This document shows positions 53,609-64,000 of a DNA stretch of 64,000 nt, piece after piece. Below the pieces are notes generated by a model, which saw only the letters and a list, made by a program, of their open reading frames with translations, was not told where the DNA came from and did not search any database. The translations under genes were made by a program, and so were the position numbers. This DNA comes from Rhizophagus irregularis (lineage: Eukaryota). The number at the start of each line of letters is the position of its first letter. Positions within the stretch are counted from its first letter, which is position 1. The stretch covers positions 372,001 through 436,000 of the forward strand of contig NC_089429.1 in assembly GCF_026210795.1 (NCBI RefSeq), given 5' to 3'.

Positions 53609-56185
53609 CAGTCGTCCCCCTCTATAGTCACCCCCTATATAAGAACACCCCCTATTTAGTCATATCATTGTCAAGTCCCGTTTTTTTAAATATTAAAATG
53701 CCCCTTTTGTAGTCACAAATCGATTATAGTCACTATCACACTAATAGTTAGTCCCGATATAATAATTAACATATGAAAATTTCCCCTTATATAGTCATAT
53801 CACGTGATTAACAATGTATTCGGAAAATATATCGCGCGTTTTGTGCATAAAATGAATTTTCCTTTTAAGTTGATAATCACCACATGTTTCGAACTTTTTC
53901 TTTACAATTTTTATTTGAAAATGTTTTATTTTTCGATTTCAAACTTTTTTCATTACATAAATTCATCCTTTTACAAAAACTATCTTTTTCACTTTTTTTT
54001 ATATCTAATATAATGCCACCTATACGTTTACAAAAAGCAAGGAGAATTCGTTCTGCCATTAGTAATGAAATAAAAAAAGAAATATGTGAATATATAATGG
54101 CAAATAGTAATGTGAAACAGGAAGAAGTTGCACTTTACTTTAATACAAAATATAATGAATTAAACATTGATAGATCAACTGTATCAAAAATATGGCAAAA
54201 TCGTGAAAAGTGGATGGCAGTTCTTTCAACTTCACAGACTGCATGTACATTTCGTCATCGCTCAGTTCAGTATCCAGAACTTGATAAGGCCTTGCAAATT
54301 TGGACAGCACAAGCAGTGACCGCTGGACTTCCTTTAACTGATATGATTTTACAACAAAAAGGAATAGAACTTGCACAAATGTTAAATATTGGAGAAAATC
54401 AAATAAAATTTACTAATGGTTGGGTGTACAGATTCAAAAAACGGAATGGACTTCAAAGAGTTAAGTTTTCAGGTGAGGCTAATAGTGCCCCTATAGAAAC
54501 TCTTCCAGAAGAACGTGTACGTCTTCGTGCACTTTTAAGCTAAGTATGACAAGGAAGATATTTATAATGCAGATGAAACTGGGCTTTTTTTCCGAATGGA
54601 GCCAAACCAAACATTGAGTACTGGTGCAGTTGCGGGGCGTAAAATGGTAATTTTTATTGTAATAATTTTTCGTTAAAATAACTCTTTAAATGTTTTTTAT
54701 TTTTCTGTAATCACTTTTTGACAAAATAATTATTTTCTGTAGGACAAAAGCCGAGTTTCTGTTTTATTTTGTGCTAATGCTACAGGATCTCATAAAATTC
54801 GTCCTTTGGTAATTGGAAAATCATTAAATCCCCGATGTTTTAAAAATCTCAACAAGTCAACTCTTCCAGTCATTTATCGAGCCAATTCAAAAGCATGGAT
54901 GAGATCTGATATTTTCATTGAATGGCTTAAACACCTTGACTATTACTTTCGCACAATGGATAGAAGAGTTTTACTTCTTATTGATAATGCAGGATCCCAC
55001 TTTAATCCAAAAAGATTTAAAAAAAATGATGATATGGATGATGAAGAAATTTCAGAATCTGATGACGAACAAGAATCTAAAAAACAAAAGAAAAAAGAAA
55101 AACCTGCTGTTGATCTTACTAATATTGAGCTTGTTTATCTTCCACCAAATACAACCGCTCATCTCCAACCTATGGATGCAGGTATTATCCATAGTTTTAA
55201 AGCTAAATATAAACAAGAATTTTGTAGACATTTAATTCGGCAGTTTGATTCTGGAGTTGATCATGTTAAGTAAGTTTAAAAAATTAACATTATTTTTCTA
55301 TTAATGTTATTAATTTATTATTTTATTTAGAAATAAGTTAAACATTAAGGAGGCAATTGATTATATTGCTGAATCATGGAATAATGTCACTCCAACAACA
55401 ATTCAAAATTGTTGGATCAAAACAGGTATACTTCCATCTTGTGATGATGATAATACGGATGAAGAAGATTTAGATGATGATGAACTTGAAAATCTTCTTA
55501 TTAATTTGCCGGAAGAAACTGCTGATGTATTGGAATATTTTCAGTTGCTTGATCGTGAAATTCCAACTGAAGAGCACCTTACTGAAGAGCAAATTATTGA
55601 TATGGTGCGAAATGAAGAAAATCAAGTAGAAGAAAGTGAAGATGATGACGAAAATGAAGAAATTCCTCTGATATCAGGTGAAAAAAGCAATTAATGGGTT
55701 GGAAACTTTTGTTAATTATTTTGAACAACAAGAAGATTCCGAGTTTAATATTGGTGATTTGCGTATTTTTAGAAAATACTTACGAGTAATTAGAGTTAGA
55801 GAGATCAATGCAAAAAAGCAAAGTACACTTGATGGTTTTTTTGATAGGTAAATAACATTAATATAATTTTTAATAATTGCGAGATGTAATACTTTTATTA
55901 GTTATAATAGTTATAATAGTTATAATAGCGTAAAATAATAAAATCGGATTTGATATACATATTAGAAGGCAACGTGCTTTATTTTTATCATGTTATATAA
56001 TTATATTTAATTTTAAAATAAAGATTATTATATAAAAATAACAAATAAAAAAAAATTTATAGTCACGCTAATACAAAAATTTTATATATATGTGACTATA
56101 TTGTAAAAGTACAAGTATAAACGCCCTCTCTATAGTCACAGCATTGTGTGGTCCCAAGAGGTGTGACTATAGAGGGGGACGACTG
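53609..56185 (+). mobile_element. pogo/Tigger-like transposon, TA TSD
   Basis: Perfect 23 bp TIR CAGTCGTCCCCCTCTATAGTCAC flanked by TA. Confidence 0.95.
54013..55851 (+). pseudogene. pogo/CENP-B-like DDD transposase, frameshifted
   Basis: HTH domains (STVSKI, GWVYRFKKR), NADETG, LIDNAGSH, LQPMDAGII; two introns. Single-base insertions near 54538 and 55678. Confidence 0.9.
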
Positions 56186-57304
56186 TATATTGTTCAGGGT
56201 CCTGTTTAGATATCAGAGTCTCAATTTTTAGGTGTATTTTTAATGTGATAAATCGGGTACCTGATATGTAAAAATGCCCGATATATAACTGATTAGTCAC
56301 TGATATATAGGTACCTGATATGTACCTGATAGAATCGATTTTGACCAGTGATACACATATCGGATACCTGATATATATTATATAACATATTGGTAACTAA
56401 TAGTTTGGATATCGAACACCTGATAATTTAACTACAGTATATTTGAAGTTTCGCATTAAAAATCAAATCAGGTACCCGATATGTACCTAATTGGTTACTG
56501 ATATATAGGTACCCGATATGTGTATGATAGATTCTTTTTTGACCTGTGAGATTGTGATTCAGATAATCCATCTCTTAAGTTAATATTAGATTTGTAATAC
56601 AAAAGGCATTTTCTGATTTATCAGTTACATTTGAATTTGACTTTTTGATAGGTGATTTGTCTGATTCCTCAAGAGATTCATTATTAAAAGAGGTACTATT
56701 ATGAGGAATATTAATATCCATAATAAATTCATCAAGAGGTGGATCATCAAGTAGATCATTATGTGCATTATCTGCATCATCAAAACTTTAACTAGACAGG
56801 TTGGACGAATTTCCTTTTTTTTTTTCTGCTCAGGTTATTAAAGTTAGATCATCATATAAAATCATGGAAAAGAAATTAATAAATTAATATCTTACTGGAT
56901 TCCTCAATAGTACTGTTTGATATTCTTTGACGTTTATGTATAGTTTTATTTTTACTCGTAGTATTATTTGTTTTATTACTGTTGTATGATTTTGAATGAG
57001 TTATTCTTATCATTGTTAGAAAACAAATGCAAAGTTGTAAAAATAGGGAGTAAAAAAAAAATAAAATAAAATAATTTTTTAACAAGGCAAATTTTAATAG
57101 ACTATATAAATAAAATTATTAAACTAATTTAGACTATTTTTATACCGCAGTCACTTTAACAACCAATTGTTATTAATAATATATATAATTGTTAATAAAT
57201 GAATAATTAATAAGATCTGTGTGACGTAACCTGCATGATATATTTTATGTAAGATGATGCCAACTGACACTAGTTACTTTAATTTGTATTTATTTATTTC
57301 ATAT

Positions 57305-58910
57305 TGTTATCCTGTCAACGATTAAAGTCAACTGAAAAACTTTAACGCTTTAACAAGTTAACTGGAGTTTAACTTAATAGGAGAGTCTTAAGTTGATCAC
57401 AAATAATCACGTGAAATAACGTTGGATGTTCAGTTAAAGAAAATAGGTTTTTATTAAAATAATGTAAGGTTTTAAATATGACGAAAAATATAGATAATCT
57501 CTTGGTTGCGAAATTAACTATCTTGAATTATACTACTGGGAATAATACTCTTTTCGTATAACTCGAATACTACAATACAATTCTTAACTAACTGACTGAC
57601 CTCCCCTTCTACTTGGTAAAATCCTATCCCTATTTATAATAAAATAAAAATCAAGAATATTTGATAAAGTAAATAAAACAAATATAATAAATAAATAAAT
57701 AAAATAAAATAAATAAATAAGATAAAATAAATATATCAAATATAGGGCTTCAATCAGTTTCGGTAATTACCGAACTGATCTGATCAGTTTCAGTATCAGA
57801 ACGGTTTTAGTATTCTGATTTACCAAACCGAACCTTTCAGTAAATTTACCAATTAGTTTCGGTAACTTCGGTTTTGGTATCAGTTTTACAATTTACTGAA
57901 CCAATTTACTGAACTGATATTTTCGGTATCAGTTTCAGTAAATTTTACCGATCACTTCAGTAAATTTTACTGATCATTTCGGTAAATTTACCGAACTGAT
58001 TTGCTGAACATTTTGTGACGTTGATAAAAAACGTCGCGAAATGTTTTTTTTTGACAATTTAATAAAAATATTGCAAAATGTTTTTATTTGTTAATTTATT
58101 TAAAAAAAAATGTTTCGCAACATTTTTTTTTGATAATTTAATAAAAACGTTGCGAAATGTTTTTATTTGTTAATTTATTTTAAAAAAAACGTTTCGCAAC
58201 ATTTTTTTTCATAACTTAATAGAAAACGTTGCGAAATGTTTTTTATTAGTTAATTAATTTAAAAAAAAACGTTTTGCAACATTTTTTTTGATAATTTAAT
58301 AAAAACGTTGCGAAATGTTTTTATTTGTTAATTTATTTTAAAAAAAACGGTTCACAACATTTTTTTGATAATTTAATAAAAACGTTGCGAAATGTTTTTA
58401 TTTGTTAATTTATTTAAAAAAAAACGTTTCGCAGTTTTTTTTCATAACTTAATAGAAAACGTTGCGAAACATTTTTTATTAGTTAATTTAATTAAAAAAT
58501 GTTTCGCAACATTTTTTTTTCAATAATTTAATAAAAATGTTGCGAAACGTTTTTATTAGTTAATTTAATTAAAAAAAACATTTTCGCACGTTTTTTAATA
58601 AAAAACGTTGCGAAAACGTTAAAAACTGAACTGATAATGAATCGGTAAATCGGTTCAGTTTTCGGTATTTACCGGTCAGTTTTGGTTTTGGCAAAAACTG
58701 TACTGAACTGAACCGATCGGAGCTCTAATCAAATATAACAAATAAAATTAATAAAATTAATAAAATAAATAAATCAAAATATCAAATATATCAAATTTAT
58801 CAGATTTATCAGATTTATCAAATAAATTAAGAAAATCAAGAAAATTGAAAAAATCAAGGGATCTACAAAATGATCTACAAAATTGATCTACATAAAATTA
58901 CTGCGCTACA
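57305..58910. repeat. Dispersed repeat, solo-LTR-like (TG...CA), copy 2, containing a hAT MITE
   Basis: Starts TGTTATCC and ends GCGCTACA; homologous to 24450-25438. No TSD recognised. Confidence 0.65.
57743..58727. mobile_element. Non-autonomous hAT-type element, 8 bp TSD ATCAAATA, with internal ~78 bp tandem repeats
   Basis: TAGGGCTTCAATC versus reverse complement TAGAGCTCCGATC; TSD at 57735-57742 and 58728-58735. Each repeat has GTTGCGAAA/TTTCGCAAC inverted halves. Confidence 0.88.
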
Positions 58911-59229
58911 TTTCTATTTTAACAATATATTATATCATTATATATTCATAAAAAAAAAGTAAAAAAAAAATAAATAATTATTTCTACACTATTTTCTATT
59001 TTTTTTCAGTTTGCAGATCTTTTTTTAAGCTTTTTTAACTTCTTTTTATTTATTTTAACAAAGCTTATCTATTAATTGGTTATATTTTATTTTTTCAGCA
59101 AAAATTTTCCCTTTTCTTTTTTTCCATTTCTCCTATTTCTATTTCTCTATTTCCTTATTATTTTCTATTTTCCTTCTACTTGTACTTAATTTAAAAAAAG
59201 GTTGAAAAGCACATCATGCAAGATAATGA

Positions 59230-61170
59230 AATGTTTCTATTTTTTGATTTTTTTTTTACAGTTCCTGGATGCGACATTTTGGTAAGTTTGTTAAGATTTA
59301 TTTTTTTTGTTTTATTTTAATGAACGATTTTTAATGGCTTGTTTCTTAATTTTTTTAGATGGTTTGGTTCTATGAATACTTAAACATATAGGAATATGGT
59401 AGAAAGATTTTTTCATAATTATTTATTTTACAATACAAAATGCCAGGCCTTTGAACACATGAAATTTTAGTAGAAGGACTTAAAATTTTTTTTAGTTGAG
59501 ATCTTTAGAACGCATAGTAGTAAAATTAGAAAATATTCTTTTTTAACATTTTGATTTTACTTTTTTTTTAGACACGTAGTATTTAGTAGGAGATTATAAG
59601 AATTATTTATTTTAAATTTATTTCTTTAAATGAGACATTTCTAACATTTCAATTTTTTCATTTTTGTAGATGATTAATTCTTTAAGATACTTGGATGCAT
59701 GAAAAATTCTGTGAAGAGATTTTTATTTTTATTTTTTTAACAAAACGATCATTTATTTTGTTTTGCAGATGATTGGTTCCTTGAAATACTTGGATATGTG
59801 GAAAAGTCAGTAAGGGAATTAATATAAATAACTCTTTCAAACGAAATAATTTTAACGTTTTACTTTTTCCTTCTTTTTGTAAATGACCAGTCTTCTGGTA
59901 TCTGAACGTGTGAGAATTCGGTAAGGAGAACTAGTTAATATCGGCCATATTTCACATGTATCATGTAATTAAAATTAATAAATATGATGAACAACTTTTT
60001 TTTTTAACTTTTACCACTGTACCTTTAATTTCAAATTGTTTATCATTTTATCATATTTCGTTTCCTTTTCTTTTATCCTTTCCTTTGTCCTTTCTTTTCC
60101 TCTTCCTGTCCTTTTTTCCTGTACTTTCCATTTAAATATTCTTTATATTTAAGTAGTTCTCTCAATCTTCCCTGACATTACATTTCAGTAAGTTCATATT
60201 TTTTTTTCTTCAATTGTTTTTATTGAATAGTTTCTTAGTTCTTTTTTTCTTTTTTTTTTTTAGACAACTAGGTATGCAGTCTTTGGTCTTTAGGCTAATT
60301 TATAGGATTTTGGTAGGAATTTTATTTTTCTTTTAAATTATTCTTTTAACAAACCATTTACTAACATTTCAATTTTTACTTTTTTTAGATGGATTTCTTT
60401 AAGACTTGATATTTTCCTACAAGCTTTTTCTTTCTTAACAAAAGTTTAGCAATTAAACATGTGTTTAAAAATTTAGAGTATATTAAAAATATTGATAACA
60501 AGATATTATTTTACGGTTTTGTATATATTTTTATTGAAGTTATAAAAAAAAATGATATTCAATTTTTTTTAGTACTGAATTATTTTTATTAAAACATAAT
60601 ACTGACATTTCGATTTCCTTTTTTTAGATGGCTTAATTCTTGGACGTGTGGGAATTTGGTAGAAAATGATTATTTTTTAATTATTTTTTTAACAAAACGT
60701 TTGCTAACATTTTGTTTTTTCTCTTTTTTAGATGGCTTCTTCTTTGGATATCGTTAGAGATGCAGATTACAGTGTGTTTAATTTTAATGAAATGCTAACC
60801 TATTAATGAAATAGATCTTTAGTTCTTTGAATGTAATGTTTAGATGCAGAATTTTGGTAAGATATATTTTTTTTACTAAGTTACACAAATACTAACTTTT
60901 TTTTTCTTTTTTTTAGACAATTGGCTCCTTTAGATGCGAATTTTGTAAGTTATTTAACTTTTTTCTTTAAATTTTTTCTTTTAGCGAATAGTCACTAACA
61001 TTCATCATCTTTCCTTTTCAGTTGGTTGGCTTGAACGCATGGAAAATTTGGTGAGACTCTGTTCTAATTATGCATTTCAATGAAATATTTTATAACATTT
61101 CAATTTTTTCTTTTTTTTAGATGATCCAGGTCTCTAGATGTTTGGGGATTTGGGATTTGGGGATTTGGGT
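59230..61170 (+). other. Array of about 15 related micro-exon/intron units, non-coding
   Basis: Recurrent CT(A/G)AC, T-tract, YAG, a 20-41 nt exon and GT(A/G). Example exons: 59262-59281, 59359-59398, 59670-59710, 59769-59809, 60628-60658, 60917-60944, 61022-61050. Confidence 0.75.
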
Positions 61171-61697
61171 TAAAATCATAGGCTTTCTCACCAGCTGGCA
61201 AGGTGTATGAAATTTCTTTAATTTATAAAGAAAGCCTTGCTAAAGTTATCTTTAGAATAGGTCTAGTAATATATTGCCTTAATTGAGCGTGGCTACGAGA
61301 GTTTATAATTCTTAAATTGCCTTATTCCTATTCATTACACACATATATATCTTATAATTAATTATACAATTTATTTTTAGAGAAAATTTATTTTTCACCC
61401 AGGTGATTTCTCACCCAGTCACATGATAATATTATATTAATATAATTATTATAAATAATTTAATTGGTTAAAACGCGCTCCTTACTATCTATAAATAAAT
61501 AAAAATTTTACCTTAGAGAACGCGGGTTCAATTCCTGCGCCAGGCTTTAATTTTTTTTTTATTTATAGCATCATGCTACATGTATCGCAGGTCATTGGTG
61601 CAGCAGATATAACACGTATAACGCATTTTCTTTGTATTCACACGGTTAGTAAAGTCATATTCACGTCGTGTTTTTTTTACTTTTATGCTCTCTAATC

Positions 61698-63989
61698 ATG
61701 ATTTCTGAGGTTATACCACCCATTGAATCCTCCAATTATGATAATCATGATAATAATGAAGATAACGAAAGTACTACGCTATTTGCTGAAAATATTTTAG
61801 GTTTTAATTTTAAAGATTGCGTAAGAAGTTTACCTTTAATTAACACCCCGATCAAGCTTGAGGTGGGAACTAGCTTTTATTCTATGACAATAGCAATTCA
61901 CTATATAGAACAATTCACTCTTCAGAATAATTTTGCCATTTTTAAGCATAAAAGTGAAAAGTTTTTGGATGGTACTTGTAGAAAGAAGGTACTTAAGTGT
62001 AATTTAGGAGGAAGGTATACTCAAAAACTTTCAAGGCCAACATCAGATAAAATGACGATGAAGGGAAGCAAGAAGCAAGGGTGTAAGTGGCAGATAAATA
62101 TAACGCGACCGTCAAATTCATCAATAGTAACTGTAACACAATTTCATTCTGAGCACAATCACAAAATTTCTACCGAAACTTTGCAATTTGCTCCTACTTA
62201 TAGAACTTTTCCTGAAGAAATAATGGATCAAATTGAGTTTTATGTTATACATGATAGATGTGACGCGTCAATAGTTAGAAATCTTTTGCAACCCAAGTAT
62301 CCTGACCATGTATTCCTTATTCAAGATCTTGGAAATGCTATCCAAAAGATTAAATGGGAAAATGGAATAAGCCTGGACGATGCAGCTTTTTTATTATTGA
62401 AGCTTTTTGATTTACAAGCTAATAATCCTGCGTGGTTTGTAAAGCTATTATTAGATGATACAAGTAATCGTCTGATCAGTATTTTCTGGATGTTACCAGA
62501 GCAACGCGAAAGATGGATCAAGTTTTATGATATCATCATTCACGATAATACCGCAAAGACCAACAAGTATAATTATCCGTTAAGTCTTTTCATTTTAATC
62601 GATAACTACAACAAGAGTAGATTAGCTGCTCAGGCGTTCTTGCAAGATGAAAGACAGGAATCGTACGAATGGCTACTTCGATGCTGTCTTGAAGCGTGTA
62701 AAATTTCTCTATTAACCTTTGTTACTGATGGAGATTCTGCGATGATTGCAGCTGTTTCCACAGTATTTCCTGAAGCCCATCATATGCAATGTCTATTTCA
62801 TCTTTATCAGAACCTTCCAAAAAACCTTCGTTCATGTTTAGGTTCGTCACTTTATCAAGAATTTCTTAAAGATTTTAGGGCAGTTCAACGTTCCCACTGT
62901 GAAAAAGTATTTGAGCAAAGATCTCAAAATCTAGTTGAAAAATATGCTGCAGAAGAAAGATATATATCTACAGTACTATTAAATCGAAAGCATACCTGGG
63001 TAAAATGCTTTACATCACATCATTTTACAGCAGGAACACAATCTACATAGCGTGTTGAATCAGAAAATGCATTAATTAAAAAAGCTATACAGTCAAGCTT
63101 TTTTCTCTTGCAAGCTCAGGAAGCTATTGAGAATCGGCTTGAATTTGAATCTATTAATACGCGTTATTCTATTTGGAAAACTTCAACATTACAATATACA
63201 CAGTCACTTATCATTCAAACGTTTTTTAGTGGCATTGACAGCATTATGAAGAAGTATCTTACTCAGCCTATTCATGATGCACATTATAAACAGATGTGCC
63301 AATCTGTGTGTTATTTCATGCATCAAGTATCAATTGCAGAAGCTCTAACATTGGATGATGATTCATTTAAGCCAATCTTTGATGGAGAAGACTCTGCTGA
63401 AACTTTTGCCGAAATAGATGAAGATAGGGAACTGGACTTGCAATCACTAATGGCAATGGTTAATATTGATGATATCATTGAGATATGGAAGATTTCTAGA
63501 TATAATTATCCAAAGACCTACCAATTCGTGATTCTTCTTAGTACTGGTGAGCATTTATGTACTTGTTTTATGCTCATCACTCATGGTATTGTGTGTCGGC
63601 ATTTTTTTAAAGTATTTGTTAAATCATCCAAAGCACGTTTTCATTTAACATTGATACCTTGCCGTTGGTATAAAGATGAATATATTAGTTTAAGTGAGGG
63701 TTATTTTAATGAAAAGGTTATAGGCAACAGAAATTTTAATTATAGTAGCACCTTTGAATTTACCAGAAAGTATACTATAAATGATCTTTCAGAAGAATAC
63801 TCCAAACAAATAACGCGAAAACAACTGAAATATGGCATTTTAATGGGTGAAGCAAAAAAAGCCATTCAGTTTGCAATTTGTGATGATGATGAAGAATTAA
63901 TCAAACTTATAAAGGAGTATAATAAAAGGAAAAAAACTCAATACATTCAGGCGGAATCAGTTAAGCAACAAAGAGCTTTAGCAAATTGA
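61698..63989 (+). pseudogene. MULE/FAR1-like transposase with SWIM finger; in-frame stop
   Basis: FAR1-type GCKW...HNH; HDNTAKTN, VTDGD, CLFH; TQST*RVES (TAG at 63048); SWIM motif CTC...GIVCRH. Probably continues past the window end. Confidence 0.9.
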
Positions 63990-64000
63990 TTAGCAGAAAA

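Larger units (their letters stand above)
34251..56548. mobile_element. Putative large decayed TIR element with CAC(A/T)G-type ends, now filled with nested insertions
   Basis: Left end CGCAGGTTGAAAATTAATGCTATCGGGTACATAT resembles the reverse complements at 56548 (CACAGGTCAAAAAAGAATCTATC) and 56350 (CACTGGTCAAAATCGATTCTATCAGGTACATAT). GGTACC-rich subterminal repeats on both sides. No TSD or transposase seen. Confidence 0.4.

Noticed and set aside
43245..55680. Programmed frameshifting in the transposases
   Set aside because: Scattered single-base insertions in several unrelated genes are better explained by decay or long-read consensus errors; raw reads would decide.
24450..58910. Two LTR-like direct repeats as the ends of one retrotransposon
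   Set aside because: They are 33 kb apart and clearly diverged, with no gag/pol between them and no matching TSD.
61500..61560. tRNA gene
   Set aside because: Only a T-arm is present; no acceptor, D or anticodon stems.

Overview
AT-rich, intron-containing eukaryotic DNA. Gene families and repeats resemble an arbuscular mycorrhizal (Glomeromycotina, Rhizophagus-like) fungus; this taxonomy is inferred. Host-type genes: a type II membrane protein with plant-type LRRs, a TPX2-like gene with a tandemly amplified exon-end/donor unit, two damaged Crinkler-like restriction-endonuclease-fold genes, and a protein with four MLKL-like helical domains, a pseudokinase and a kinase. The right half is a nest of DNA transposons: a DD34E Tc1/IS630 element with a cargo gene, two hAT elements inserted into it, a pogo element, several MITEs, a Helitron-like element, a MULE transposase and a TET/JBP-like pseudogene. 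Two signals stand out. (1) Intron 1 of both nuclease-fold genes holds tandem three-way-junction RNA structures with conserved loops and covarying stems. (2) Two non-coding arrays of repeated micro-exons with full splice signals occur, one inside a Helitron-like element. All coordinates and splice models were read by eye.
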